Assembly: GCA_963737635.1 (NCBI GenBank)
Contig: CAVTTL010000001.1
Span: 1,600,001 to 1,664,000, forward strand
DNA: 64,000 nucleotides
Reading direction: 5' to 3'
DNA from: an uncultured Methanoregulaceae archaeon
GTDB taxonomy: Archaea; Halobacteriota; Methanomicrobia; Methanomicrobiales; Methanospirillaceae
Position 1 is the stretch's first letter. Each line of letters starts with the position of its first letter. This document shows, in pieces, positions 32,682 to 43,690 of the stretch. The position numbers were made by a program, and so were the translations under genes. Below the pieces are notes generated by a model. The model saw only the letters and a list, made by a program, of their open reading frames with translations. It searched no databases and was not told the DNA's origin.

Positions 32682-33463
32682 ATGCCCGAGATCGACATCG
32701 TGCTCGTGGCCCCTCTCTACGAAGGAAACGTAGGGTTTGCCGCCCGGGTGATGAAGAATTTCGGGTTTACCCGGATGGTGCTTGTCGACCCCTGCACGCT
32801 TGGGGAAGAGGCCAAAGGCAGGGCCTCCCATGCGCAGGACGTTTTAAAACATGCCGAGATCTGCACCATCGAGGATGTATTTTCCCGGAGCAGCATCGTG
32901 GTCGCCACGACCGGGCAGGTGAGCAAATCGGTCTGTACGCCGATGCGGATGCCGTTTTATTCGCCTCGCGAGCTGCGCGAGCGCATCGGCACGCTGGAGG
33001 GAAGAGTGTCGATCCTTTTTGGCCGGGAGAACTGGGGGCTCAATAACGACGAAGTGAAACGCAGCGATATGATCTGTACCATCCCGACCGCGCCGGATTA
33101 CCCGATCATGAACCTCTCCCATGCAGTCGGCATTGTCTGCTACGAGCTGCAAACCTTCCCCCCGCCGAGTACCGGCTCGCTTCTCCCTCTGAATTGGGAC
33201 ACCTGTACCGGCACCTTGACCGGTTCCTGGACTCCGTGCACCACCCGCCGTTCAAGCGCGAGAACACGATGATCATGATCCGCCGTATTCTCGGGAGGGC
33301 CGGCCTGACGACCCGGGAGGCAAGCACGGTCCACGGCCTGCTGCGCCGGACCGAGTGGCATGTCGATCCCGATGCGCTTGACCGGGAAAAAGAGGCGCAG
33401 CGGAAGCACAAGAACCAGCACCACGAGCTGGATCACCCGGATTCTGATACCGGGGAACTATAG
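32682..33463 (+). CDS. trmJ: TrmJ/TrmH family RNA methyltransferase; frameshift near 33150
   Basis: GNVGFAARVMKNFG, FGRENWGL and MNLSHAV. Confidence 0.85.
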
Positions 33464-33559
33464 GTAGGTTAAAACCGGTTTCTTGTTGTATTGCAAACGG
33501 TGAAACTCTTTTTGGAAAATTCCGGTGTTTATATAGCCATCCGCGAATATCTGGCATTC

Positions 33560-33946
33560 ATGCCAAACATTGCGTATTTCGAAATCCCTGCAAACGACGT
33601 TGAGCGCGCAAAACACTTCTACCATTCACTGCTTGGATGGAAGATCGAACCGACCAGGAACCCTATGGATCCGGCGATGAAAGAATCGATGCAGTACCAG
33701 GATATCGTCACCGGGAAAGAGGAGAAGGGCACGCTCACGATGGGCGGGTTGTACAAACGGCAGATGTCTGAGAATATCATCAATTACGTACTGGTCGACG
33801 ACGTAGACAAGGTACTTACCAAGGTAGAAAAACTCGGCGGTATGGTGATCGTTCCCAAAAAAGAGATCAAGACGGTCGGGGATGTTGCCATTATCCTGGA
33901 CACTGAGGGAAATGCTATCGGTCTCTGGAAAGCTGCAGCAATGTAA
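33560..33946 (+). CDS. VOC/glyoxalase family protein
   Basis: YFEIPANDVERAK.FY and DTEGNAIGLW. Confidence 0.88.
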   Translation: MPNIAYFEIPANDVERAKHFYHSLLGWKIEPTRNPMDPAMKESMQYQDIVTGKEEKGTLTMGGLYKRQMSENIINYVLVDDVDKVLTKVEKLGGMVIVPKKEIKTVGDVAIILDTEGNAIGLWKAAAM

Positions 33947-34067
33947 CGTGAAAAAATTCAAAAAACCAATTAAAAATTCATTAAACCTGTTTAATTGCCA
34001 TTTTTTTAAAAGAGGAATGTTTATTTACTATAAGTAGAACCTATTAATCAGGAGTGGGGCGATAACC

Positions 34068-34949
34068 CTGGTAAATCAAGAACAGGTTGATAATATCCTT
34101 AATGGGACATCCGGTGACGATTCCGGGGCCAAGCTCAAGAGCCTGGAGCAGGAAGTCGACCTTATAAAAACATCCATCAAGCGGCTCCTGATGGATCTCC
34201 GGGAACGGATGAATGGTCTCGAAAATTCGTTTTCCCTGGCCGGTTCAGGCATGGCAGGGGACCCGGCATTCAACGCGGCGGATATCGAAGAAGCCCGAAG
34301 ATCTGCACTGGAAGCGAAGGAAGCGGCTCTTGATGCGAAGGAATCGCAGATGGAGGCAATGAATGCAAAAGCGGATGCGGAAACCCGGACTGACGCTCTC
34401 AACGATCAGCCCGAACCTGAAGCCCTTCCTGTCGACGAAAATAAGAAAGTCATTGACGAGCAGATGCTTGCACGGCTGAAATCCCAGATTGCCAGTGCAC
34501 AAGCGGCGGGATCCTTGTCAAACAGTCATGCAGCCGAGAAACTAAGGCTCCATAAGGTCTACCACCTCTACGGATGGACCCACGAATCGGTCAGGAAATT
34601 CGGTCACGACCGGCTGGAGATTATGCTCGAATCCTACCGGACGATGGGTTATATATCCCAATCATCTGTTGACGAAATACGGGTGATAGCGCGTCTGATG
34701 CCGGGGAACCTCGGTGAAGAAAACGAACTGGGTCCTGACGAATTCGTATCGGTACTGTATGCCCTCAACCGGATACTGGCGCCAAACGATGTTTCCCTTG
34801 ACCGCGATATGATCGAGGTCATGATGGAGCATCGCCAGAAGAAGACCGATCGTAACGATCTCCCCGATTTCTCTTTTGGCGAGATACAAAAGTCATCGCA
34901 GGGTAAATCGAAAGCCGATGAATGGATGAACCCCCTGGATAGGATATGA
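34068..34949 (+). CDS. Archaellum FlaD/E-like protein; start uncertain
   Basis: N-terminal coiled coil; W..KFG....LESYRTMGYIS pattern; upstream of flaH. Confidence 0.55.
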   Translation: MVNQEQVDNILNGTSGDDSGAKLKSLEQEVDLIKTSIKRLLMDLRERMNGLENSFSLAGSGMAGDPAFNAADIEEARRSALEAKEAALDAKESQMEAMNAKADAETRTDALNDQPEPEALPVDENKKVIDEQMLARLKSQIASAQAAGSLSNSHAAEKLRLHKVYHLYGWTHESVRKFGHDRLEIMLESYRTMGYISQSSVDEIRVIARLMPGNLGEENELGPDEFVSVLYALNRILAPNDVSLDRDMIEVMMEHRQKKTDRNDLPDFSFGEIQKSSQGKSKADEWMNPLDRI

Positions 34950-34997
34950 TCTATGGTTGCCGTGAGCTGTAACGTATAGATCCGGCAGGTGGTTCAC

Positions 34998-35729
34998 ATG
35001 GCAATGATGAGTGATCTGATGGGAGGCGAGGACAAGGATATCCTCTCCACCGGTAACAGCGAACTTGACAAGAAAATAGCAGACGGTCTTCCGCTGGGGT
35101 CGTTGACCCTTATCGAGGGGGAGAACGATACCGGCAAAAGCGTGCTCACCCAGCAGATCATCTGGGGGGCCATGAAACAGGGTATGTCTGTTGACCTGTT
35201 TACCACGGAAAACACCAGCAAGAGTTTTCTCAAGCAGATGGAGTCTATGAGCCTTGACATCTCGGATTATTTTGCCTGGGGCTATCTCAAGGTCTTCCCC
35301 CTTCATGTCGTCGGTTTTGAATGGAAAAAGGAGGAGATGGAAGGTATCCTGGCAAAGCTGATTCACCATATCCGGAACAGCAAATCCCAGGTTGCTATTA
35401 TCGACTCACTGACACTTTTTACGGAATATGCAGAGTCCGACTCCATTCTGACGTTCTTCACGAACTGCAAATCCCTTGTGGATAACGGTAAAACGGTCCT
35501 CGTTACCCTCCACACGTATGCCTTTGAGGAAGATACGCTTATCCGGATCCGGTCCATCTGCGATGCCCATCTCAACATGAAAAAATCCCTTGTCGGTGAC
35601 AAATATCTGATGGTCATGGAAGTGGTAAAAGTCCGTGGCGCCCGGAAGACGACCGGAAACCTCGTCAGCTTCGAAGTCCATCCGGGCTACGGTATGAAGA
35701 TCATTCCGATGAGTTTTGCGCGGATCTGA
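34998..35729 (+). CDS. flaH: Archaellum KaiC-like ATPase FlaH/ArlH
   Basis: STGNSELD, EGENDTGKS, IIDSLT and FEVHPGYGMKIIP. Confidence 0.85.
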   Translation: MAMMSDLMGGEDKDILSTGNSELDKKIADGLPLGSLTLIEGENDTGKSVLTQQIIWGAMKQGMSVDLFTTENTSKSFLKQMESMSLDISDYFAWGYLKVFPLHVVGFEWKKEEMEGILAKLIHHIRNSKSQVAIIDSLTLFTEYAESDSILTFFTNCKSLVDNGKTVLVTLHTYAFEEDTLIRIRSICDAHLNMKKSLVGDKYLMVMEVVKVRGARKTTGNLVSFEVHPGYGMKIIPMSFARI

Positions 35730-35818
35730 ACAGCTCTCCCTTCCTTTTTCCAGTAATCTTCTCAAAACCCGGGGCTGGTCAATCCCGACAAAACGGGCGG
35801 AAGCACGATGTGGTCCTC

Positions 35819-36629
35819 TTACTTGAGATCGTCTAAGATATTCTGATACGCATTAGCCTGGGCCATCGAGGCACTCATAATTTTAGCCGTAATGGGCACG
35901 GTGAGGGCAGGATTGATCAGCATCGCCCGGTCATAACACTGGATCGCTTCTTTGTAACTGTCCGTATCCTGGATTGAATTGCCTGACTGGTCAGAACCGG
36001 AAGAGGAATAGTTGCCAAGGTTCTGGGCCTGATCCTTAAGGTTCTGCAGCTGGGCCATGGAAGAGAGCATCAACGTGTCTCCTTTCATGACCAGCGTATT
36101 TGCATCATTGGGGTTTTGTGCCAATACCTGATCGTAGTATGTCACCGCGTCACTGTAGTCTCCCTGGCTGGTGAGGATTAGGCCCTTTCTCTGGAGGGCG
36201 ACAGTGTCGTTATTATTGGCGGCAAGAACCGTATCAAAAACCTGGTTAGCTGCGTCGGTCTGCCCGTTTCGGATATCGGTATCCCCTATTCTTTTCAGGA
36301 TATCCGGATCATTGGGGACATCTGCATTTGCCCGTTCATACCAGTACAGTGATAATCCGGACTGGTTCGATGAGGTAAGTACATCCCCGATTGCCACACT
36401 TGCTTTGGCGTCATACCGGCTGAAATTCGTGACCGGATCGGATGCACGGTCATACCAGGTACCGGTACCACGTCGGTTGACCGATGATGGGGAGCACATC
36501 GCTGATCGTCGCATCACCCTGAACATCACGAGGTACGGCATGAGCGATCGGATCATAGACGAAAGGAAGAATAAACCAGCCAATGAAAAGAACGAGAGCG
36601 ATAAGAACGAGAATCCACTTGATCTGCAT
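35819..36629 (-). CDS. Membrane-anchored TPR protein; probable frameshift near 36465
   Basis: MQIKWILV.. signal anchor in an alternate frame; TPR repeats downstream. Confidence 0.7.
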
Positions 36630-36764
36630 ATCCTAAAACGTCTCTTCATCCGGGCTAAAATATGCTTTGACTCATTGGTTTGTCAAACATATGTCAATTG
36701 TCTACAAGGTTATTTACTAAAACTTTTTTACTTATATTGTCCAATATGCAATGGGTGTTAACTT

Positions 36765-37286
36765 ATGGGTCTGAACAACATCGACACCAAACAGGTAGTG
36801 GATTATAAAAAGGAGATCCAGAAAAAGCCGGCTGATGCACAATTCACGGCAAAGATCGAGGGAGACTGGCTCTTTGAGGAAGGGGGACCTCAGTTCCGGT
36901 CTGTCGTCAAAGTCAAGGATGGCACCTACGCTATGGAAGCAAGCCACCCGAACTTCGCCGGCCCCGGTGTACGCCCCGGGCCGATGGCGTTTGGGCTCTT
37001 CTGGTTTGCTGCCTGTTACTCGAGCACCTTTGTTACTGAAGCCGCACTGCGCAACATCCGGCTCACTTCGGTCAAGACCCGGGTCGAGGCGGATCTCGAT
37101 TACACCGCCCAGTTTGATCTCGGTAAGACTCCCCTTGTCAACGAGTTCCGGGTCTTCCTCGACGTTCAAGGCGACCTGACCGATGCGCAGGCGCAAGACC
37201 TCAAGGAGTATTCCCTGGGGCATTGCATGGGCATGTTCACCATCCGGAATGCAGTCAGGCTCAAAGCAGAAGTCAGGAAAAGGTAA
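36765..37286 (+). CDS. OsmC/Ohr family protein
   Basis: PGP..AACYSSTF and a second Cys in HCMG. Confidence 0.75.
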   Translation: MGLNNIDTKQVVDYKKEIQKKPADAQFTAKIEGDWLFEEGGPQFRSVVKVKDGTYAMEASHPNFAGPGVRPGPMAFGLFWFAACYSSTFVTEAALRNIRLTSVKTRVEADLDYTAQFDLGKTPLVNEFRVFLDVQGDLTDAQAQDLKEYSLGHCMGMFTIRNAVRLKAEVRKR

Positions 37287-37314
37287 CGATAGTAGATAAG
37301 GTGGGTTTCAAATT

Positions 37315-38595
37315 ATGTCAGATTACACAACAATGTGGGAGTCACTGGGTCTTGATCTGAAGAACCATGACGCACTTCTCGCGGTTCTCGGAAAAACCTA
37401 TACGGACGTCTTCCTCTCACAAAAGAACCGCCCCGAGGGGATGAAGTACTTCGATTTTGTCATGAGCGAAGTCCATGGACTCCGTATCAAGGAGATTATG
37501 GATGCCAAAGAACAGGGACGCGTGGTGATCGGTTCGTACTGCGTTTTTGTCCCGGAAGAGCTGGTCCTTGCGGTTGACGGTGTAGCGGTCGGCTTATGCG
37601 CCGGCGCAGAGTTCAATTTCGAAGGCGCCGAAACGCTTCTACCAAGGAACACCTGCTCGCTTATCAAATCCGCTTTCGGGTTCAAGCTCGGGAAAGTATG
37701 CCCCTACCTGGAGTCCTGCAACGTTGTCGTGGGAGAGAATACCTGCGACGGTAAGAAAAAAGCCTATGAGATACTGGGTCCGCTCGTCAATGACCTGTAC
37801 ATCATGGATCTCCCCCAGACAAAATCCGGTATGGGGAAAGCCTTACTCAAGGAGGAATACCGCAAGTTCATCGCCAAACTGGAAGAAGTAAGCGGAAAGA
37901 AGATAACTGTTGCATCGCTGAAAAAGGCGGTTGAACTTGTCAATGCAAAACGAAAGGCAGTCAAGAGACTTGCTGCGCTTCGCGCTGCCGATCCGGCGCC
38001 GATATCGGGACTTGACTCCCTGCTGGTAAACCAGGTCTTTTTCCATGACGACCCGGTGCGGTTTACCGACTCGGTCAACAAACTCTGTGACGAGCTGGAG
38101 CTCCGGGTGAAAAACCACACCGGCGTGTTTCCTAAGGGCACAACCCGTGTCGTGGTTTCAGGATGCCCCATGGCCGTCCCGAACTGGAAACTGCCTCTGC
38201 TTATCGAAACAAGCAATGCGGTGATCGTCGGCGAGGAGTCATGCGTGGGAGAACGGGGCACCCGGTGGCTGACGGAAGTAAAGGGGAATACGGTGGAAGA
38301 ACTTCTTGATGCCATCACTGACCGGTATTTCAATATCGACTGCGCCGTATTTACGCCGAACCCGTCACGGGTCGACTACGTAAAAGAGATGACCAAAAAA
38401 CTCCACGCACAGGGGGTCATCCACTACAGCCTGCAGTTCTGCCAGCCCTATATCATGGAGAGCGGTCCGGTGGAAAAGGAGCTGGAAACGTCAGGGATAC
38501 CGACCCTGCGCCTGGAAACCGATTACAGCCAGGAAGATGCCGGGCAGCTCAAGACAAGGATTGAAGCATTCGTCGAGCGCCTGAAGAAAAAATGA
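37315..38595 (+). CDS. Double-cubane cluster protein (2-hydroxyacyl-CoA dehydratase-like, DCCP)
   Basis: YCVFVPEE, LCAG, CSLIKS, TCDGKKK, ESCVG, FCQPY and ETDYS..TRIEAF. Confidence 0.88.
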   Translation: MSDYTTMWESLGLDLKNHDALLAVLGKTYTDVFLSQKNRPEGMKYFDFVMSEVHGLRIKEIMDAKEQGRVVIGSYCVFVPEELVLAVDGVAVGLCAGAEFNFEGAETLLPRNTCSLIKSAFGFKLGKVCPYLESCNVVVGENTCDGKKKAYEILGPLVNDLYIMDLPQTKSGMGKALLKEEYRKFIAKLEEVSGKKITVASLKKAVELVNAKRKAVKRLAALRAADPAPISGLDSLLVNQVFFHDDPVRFTDSVNKLCDELELRVKNHTGVFPKGTTRVVVSGCPMAVPNWKLPLLIETSNAVIVGEESCVGERGTRWLTEVKGNTVEELLDAITDRYFNIDCAVFTPNPSRVDYVKEMTKKLHAQGVIHYSLQFCQPYIMESGPVEKELETSGIPTLRLETDYSQEDAGQLKTRIEAFVERLKKK

Positions 38596-39344
38596 GATAC
38601 GCCGGTATTGACCTCGGATCGCGTACGATCAAGCTTGCCGTGCTGGAAAACGGCAACCTCGTTTTTTCCCGCAAGGTTGTTACCTCTCACGATCCCCTTC
38701 TGACGGCGCGGGACCTTATGGCAGGCGCGGCGTTTGACCGCATCACCGCGACCGGCTACGGGCGGCACCTGATCAAAGGGCATCTTACCTGTCCGGTGAT
38801 CAGCGAGATATCGGCCTTTGTCCTTGGCGCCCGTTTTTTTTCGACTGACTGCGATGCCATTCTCGATATCGGCGGCCAAGACACCAAGGCAATTTCCCTG
38901 GACGACCACGGCAATTTATGCAAATTCGAGATGAACGACCGGTGTGCCGCAGGGACCGGCCGGTTTCTTGAGGTCATGGCGACCGTGCTCGGTTTTACGC
39001 TGGAAGAATTCTCGGCGGCGGCTCTCTCTGCCAAACGAGCAGAAAAGATCAACAGTATGTGCACCGTGTTTGCGGAATCTGAGATTGTCTCTCTCATTTC
39101 CCAAGGGGCGGACCGGAATGACGTTGCGCTCGGTATCCACAAAGCCATTGTAAGCCGTTCAGCGGGGCTCCTCAAACGGGTTGCACCAACGGGAAAGATA
39201 TTTTTTGCCGGTGGTGTTGCGTTGAACGACTGCGTGAGATGTCTTCTCGAAAAAGAGATGGGTATGCCGGTTTTTGTACCGCCCGATCCGCAAATGGTCG
39301 GTGCGATTGGCGCCGCGTTGAGCGCATCAGAAGACAAACGGTAG
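38592..39344 (+). CDS. ATP-dependent activase (BadF/BcrAD/DCCP-R family)
   Basis: GIDLGS, ATGYGR, DIGGQDTK, NDRCAAGTG and CTVFAESE. Confidence 0.92.
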   Translation: MRYAGIDLGSRTIKLAVLENGNLVFSRKVVTSHDPLLTARDLMAGAAFDRITATGYGRHLIKGHLTCPVISEISAFVLGARFFSTDCDAILDIGGQDTKAISLDDHGNLCKFEMNDRCAAGTGRFLEVMATVLGFTLEEFSAAALSAKRAEKINSMCTVFAESEIVSLISQGADRNDVALGIHKAIVSRSAGLLKRVAPTGKIFFAGGVALNDCVRCLLEKEMGMPVFVPPDPQMVGAIGAALSASEDKR

Positions 39345-39388
39345 TTGAACAAATGAGAAACAAATAAAATTTTTTTTAGAAAACAGGC

Positions 39389-39679
39389 TCAATAATATCC
39401 GTATTTTTTATGAGCCTGTTCAATCGAAAGAATTTCTTGGACAATTACTCGTTTTTCTTCTTTATCGATATCATAGTACACCGTGTAACTTCGGGAAATG
39501 TGAAGACGGTAGATAACAACACCCCCCTTTAAAACCATTTTTTCCTTATCCCCACGTGTCCCCGGATAAGGCTCCTGTTCCAGTCTATCCAGTGCGGTTT
39601 TGATGATCCGACGTGTTTTGTCTGGCAGACGGTTTATATCGTCAGATAGTCCCTGCCAGAGGATCAGTTTAAAGGTCAA
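39389..39679 (-). CDS. RelE/ParE family toxin
   Basis: LEQEPYPG..YRLHISRSYTVYYDID; overlaps the antitoxin stop. Confidence 0.75.
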   Translation of the reverse strand: MTFKLILWQGLSDDINRLPDKTRRIIKTALDRLEQEPYPGTRGDKEKMVLKGGVVIYRLHISRSYTVYYDIDKEEKRVIVQEILSIEQAHKKYGYY

Positions 39680-39882
39680 TCCTTAATCTCCGAAAGAGGG
39701 ACATATTCGTCAGCCTTGCGGCTGTGCCACATCTTAACATCTTCTTCAAGTCGCCTCTTTTTACGCTCCTCGATCATATCTGCGAGGAGCTCCGCATAGG
39801 TCTGACCTGCCGATCGCATCTCTGAAAGCTCCTTCCACACCGGTTCAGTAACCGGTATCCGCTTTACCGCTTGCATGATCAT
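39676..39882 (-). CDS. Cognate antitoxin (RHH-like)
   Basis: KRIPVT..GQTYAELL..EYVPLSEI. Confidence 0.7.
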   Translation of the reverse strand: MIMQAVKRIPVTEPVWKELSEMRSAGQTYAELLADMIEERKKRRLEEDVKMWHSRKADEYVPLSEIKD

Positions 39883-39952
39883 ATTGTAAGTGCTGTAAAT
39901 ATGAATAATTAATGGTCTGTTTGTACCTGCGCCTGCTTAATAGCCTTCAGCC

Positions 39953-41194
39953 TTAAAAGAACAATACTCTCTGGTGGTTCGCAACAATACCTGTTGGTGG
40001 GTAGAAGAGAAGGTTTCCGAGATCTGCAATACCGATGGGGATGACACCGGTCAGTTTCGGATTTTTACGTATGTTCCTCGCGGCAAGGGATGGGGTGAAT
40101 GCGAAAAACTGGAGGTTTTCGCTGCCTGATGCAGCGTCTATGGCTGCCTGCAGGTTGAACCATTCCGGCGTGTTGTTGCCCGTCTGCACCCCGGAAAGGA
40201 CATACACGCCGTCTTCAATGAAGATAACGCGGGTCTGGATCTCCTTTGCTGCACACGCGATGGCAAATGCAAGGGCGCCGGACGTATATTCCGATCCATA
40301 CGGGTGCCGGGTGACAAGAATAGTCACCGGAGGGACACGCCACTTCTCATCAAAACCAAGCGTAGGCCGTATAGTCTCTTTTTTCACGGAGATAATGGCA
40401 CAATTCTCAGAAAGGATGATATGGTTGCTCCGGAACTGTGATGCAATATCCTTTAATTCCCGGATCTTCACCGGCCTGATAGTACACGCCGGAACAAGTC
40501 CCCCTTTCCCGTCGCTGGCGCAGTATCCCCGTTTTGCTGCGCACCGGGCACTGGCGGTAATCTGGCCGTGAAGGCCCCGTTTTCCTGCTTTGTCCTCAAG
40601 GTTTTTCAGTTCATCGCCGATATTTTCTGCATCCAGTGGGTTCTGGCCCTGGTGCCCGATATGGATCCCGTCAAGGTAACAGTAGAGATCCCACGAGGTG
40701 TGGGATTCAAGCGCTGCATCCAGGCAATGAAGCAGGATTTCAGATGAACGGTTCATATACGGGGAGGCCATATGGAGATACCCGATGGTGCTTGGGATCG
40801 GCTGTTCATGCTGGCGGGCATATTTCATGACGTCTTTCCAGAATGACGGCTTCCCGTTGAGTGCGAGACTGTTATGGGTGATCACCAGGTCGGGATTTTT
40901 CATCTTCAGGCGTTCGGCCGTAATGCCCCGGAGCGCGAGTTCTTCCTGATCGCAGACAATTTTTATCGAAGGCAGGGAAAGGAAATTTTCCCATATTTCG
41001 ATCATCTGCGGGTTCTGGAGACTATACAAGGCGTCACCAGTCAGAAAAAAGACAAATGCCGCGTCGCGTTCCTTGCTGGTATGGAGGAAACTCTGGGGGT
41101 TAAGGTTTAAAAAATAAAATTTCAGCAGTTCTTCTAGCCAGCCAAGCCGCTCCGGGGTAAGAGAGTCCCTCAAAAGAAAAAAATGTGCGGTCAT
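39953..41194 (-). CDS. Triple DsrE/DsrF-like domain protein
   Basis: FFLTGDALY..LRG; YLDGIH..RCAAKRG; PYGSE..FIEDGVY..SLAAR. Confidence 0.7.
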   Translation of the reverse strand: MTAHFFLLRDSLTPERLGWLEELLKFYFLNLNPQSFLHTSKERDAAFVFFLTGDALYSLQNPQMIEIWENFLSLPSIKIVCDQEELALRGITAERLKMKNPDLVITHNSLALNGKPSFWKDVMKYARQHEQPIPSTIGYLHMASPYMNRSSEILLHCLDAALESHTSWDLYCYLDGIHIGHQGQNPLDAENIGDELKNLEDKAGKRGLHGQITASARCAAKRGYCASDGKGGLVPACTIRPVKIRELKDIASQFRSNHIILSENCAIISVKKETIRPTLGFDEKWRVPPVTILVTRHPYGSEYTSGALAFAIACAAKEIQTRVIFIEDGVYVLSGVQTGNNTPEWFNLQAAIDAASGSENLQFFAFTPSLAARNIRKNPKLTGVIPIGIADLGNLLFYPPTGIVANHQRVLFF

Positions 41195-41333
41195 GCAGGG
41201 ATACTGATGATTTGACTATATCGGCATATATCTATTATGATATCCCGACCATTTTTATTGATCATTCTCAGTATTACTGGGTAATTTGGCCGAAATTTCT
41301 CTTACCTCCTTTCCCAACCTCCATAGTCACTGA

Positions 41334-41431
41334 GGTTCTGATATATTTGTGATTGAGGGGGGGATTTTTTTGGAGAAGAAAAATCAGAGAGTAACCGTCA
41401 ATGTACCAGCATCTGCCAATGTATCAGAACC
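41334..41431 (+). repeat. Palindromic element, degenerate copy D
   Basis: GGTTCTGATATATT..GAAAAATCAG..AACCGTCAATGTA..AATGTATCAGAACC. Confidence 0.6.
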
Positions 41432-41565
41432 CCTCTGCCGTACCAAAAACAGAATATTTATTTTCTCTGAACTGAACCATTACATCATCTGAACAGGCGG
41501 AATCTTTACGCGGACATCGTCCTGCGTGTCAATCCAGAACTCCCGTGTCCGGAATCAGGCGATCC

Positions 41566-43221
41566 ATGCGGAAAAAACCTGCAACATCAGTGGAAAGGTC
41601 AAAAAAAAATCAATGTTCGCGGTCAGAAGCCGACAATCAGTTCAGGTTTGCGAATACCTACAACCGCAGTCTTCTGGAGGCGAGCCTTGACCCTCTTGTC
41701 ACCATCAGCCCGGAAGGAACAATAAACGATGTAAATGAAGCTGCTGTGAGAGCAACCGGTTTTTCCCGGAAGGAACTCATTGGCACCGATTTTTCGGATT
41801 ATTTCACCGAGCCTGAGAAAGCAAAAGTGGGGTACGAGACGGTATTCCGGGACGGGTCAGTAACCGATTACGAACTCCAGATCCGACACCGGAACGGTAC
41901 CCTTACCCACGTTCTCTACAATGCATCAGTCTTCAAAGACAATGCCGGAAACATTGCCGGTGTCTTTGCGGCTGCCCGTGATATTACCGAACGCAAGAAA
42001 GCAGAAGAAGAGATCAAGCGGGCGAGCACATACAACCGAAGCCTTCTCGAAGCAAGTCTTGACCCTCTCGTCACCATCAGCCCGAATGGAACGATCAGCG
42101 ATGTAAATGAAGCGGCTGTGAGAGCAACCGGTTTTTCCCGGAAGGAACTCATCGGCACCGATTTTTCGAATTATTTCACCGAGCCTGAGAAAGCAAAGGC
42201 AGGGTACGAGACGGTATTCCGAGATGGCTCCGTAACCGACTACAGCCTTGAGATCCGGCACCGGAACGGGAAGATAACCCCCGTTTTGTACAATGCCACC
42301 GTCTACCGGGATGCACAGGGAAAGGTCACCGGAGTCTTTGCCGCCGCACGGGACATCACTGAGCGGAAACGCGCTGAAGACGCCCTGCTGAAAGCCTATA
42401 ACGAGCTGGACGACCGTGTCAAAGAGCGGACCATCGAACTGCAGGAAGCCAATGCCAGCCTTGAAAAGGAGATCGCGGAACGCAAGGCAACCGCTGATGA
42501 ACTCAGAAAGAAGAGCAAGGAACTCGAACGGTCAAACCTCGAACTCCAGCAGTTTGCCTATATCGCCTCCCACGATTTGCAGGAACCCTTAAGGGCGATC
42601 TCAGGCTTCACCGAGTTGCTGGAGAAGCGATATAAAGGCCAGATCGATGAACGGGCCGACAAGTACATTAAATTCATCGTCGACGGGACCAGGCAGATGA
42701 ACCAGGTCATCCATGACCTGCTGGCGTACTCACGAGTACAGACCAAAGCTCATGAGTTTGAATTCATCGACGTGAACCAGTCCCTTAAACAGGCACTGCT
42801 CAACCTCCAGACATCGATACGGGATGAAAATGCAGTCATCAGGACAGATACCCTCCCGAGCGTTTACGCCGACGGTATCCAGATCACCCAGCTTTTCCAG
42901 AACCTGATCGGCAATGCCCTCAAATTCCAGAAGCCAGGCAATCAGCCGGAGATCAGCATATCCGTGCACAAGTCCGGCGATATGTGGAAATTCTCGGTGA
43001 CGGACAACGGAATCGGTATCGACCCCCAGTATTCCGAACGGATCTTCAAAATCTTCCAGCGCCTGCATGCAAAAGGTGAGTACGAGGGGACCGGCATCGG
43101 ACTTGCAATCTGCAAGAGAATCGTCGAACGACACGGGGGAGAGATCATGGTCCGGTCAAAACCGGGCGCAGGTTCGACCTTCTCCTTTACCCTGCCTTCC
43201 AGAAAGGAGGAAAAACCATGA
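41566..43221 (+). CDS. PAS-PAS sensor histidine kinase
   Basis: Two near-identical PAS domains; [19 protein letters not shown] and GTGIGL. Confidence 0.93.
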   Translation: MRKKPATSVERSKKNQCSRSEADNQFRFANTYNRSLLEASLDPLVTISPEGTINDVNEAAVRATGFSRKELIGTDFSDYFTEPEKAKVGYETVFRDGSVTDYELQIRHRNGTLTHVLYNASVFKDNAGNIAGVFAAARDITERKKAEEEIKRASTYNRSLLEASLDPLVTISPNGTISDVNEAAVRATGFSRKELIGTDFSNYFTEPEKAKAGYETVFRDGSVTDYSLEIRHRNGKITPVLYNATVYRDAQGKVTGVFAAARDITERKRAEDALLKAYNELDDRVKERTIELQEANASLEKEIAERKATADELRKKSKELERSNLELQQFAYIASHDLQEPLRAISGFTELLEKRYKGQIDERADKYIKFIVDGTRQMNQVIHDLLAYSRVQTKAHEFEFIDVNQSLKQALLNLQTSIRDENAVIRTDTLPSVYADGIQITQLFQNLIGNALKFQKPGNQPEISISVHKSGDMWKFSVTDNGIGIDPQYSERIFKIFQRLHAKGEYEGTGIGLAICKRIVERHGGEIMVRSKPGAGSTFSFTLPSRKEEKP

Positions 43222-43685
43222 ATGGATCAAGCGTATCATCGAATTTACTCCGCCCGGTAGAGATTCTGCTGGTCGAAGACAGCCCTGCTGATGTCGCATT
43301 GACGCAGGAGGCCCTGATGGACAGCAAACTGAAAAACAACCTGCACGTGGTGAGCGACGGCGAAGCCGCAATGACGTTCCTCAGGCGCTCCGGCACCTAT
43401 GCATCGGCACCACGACCGGATCTCATCCTTCTTGATCTCAACCTCCCCAAAAAGAACGGCCGGGAGGTACTCGCAGAGCTCAAGTCGGATCCCTCCCTTC
43501 GGCTCATCCCGGTCGTTATTATGACCGTATCACAGGATGAGCAGGACATCTTAGAATCGTACAAACTCAATGCGAACTGCTACATACGGAAACCGGTGAA
43601 CTTCGAAGAATTTATCCAGATTGTGAAATCTATCGAGCATTTCTGGTTCTCTATCGTAACCCTTCCACCCGCTCCAGGTACTTGA
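43218..43685 (+). CDS. Response regulator (Rcp1-like)
   Basis: [17 protein letters not shown] and YIRKP. Confidence 0.92.
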   Translation: MNGSSVSSNLLRPVEILLVEDSPADVALTQEALMDSKLKNNLHVVSDGEAAMTFLRRSGTYASAPRPDLILLDLNLPKKNGREVLAELKSDPSLRLIPVVIMTVSQDEQDILESYKLNANCYIRKPVNFEEFIQIVKSIEHFWFSIVTLPPAPGT

Positions 43686-43690
43686 GAACG

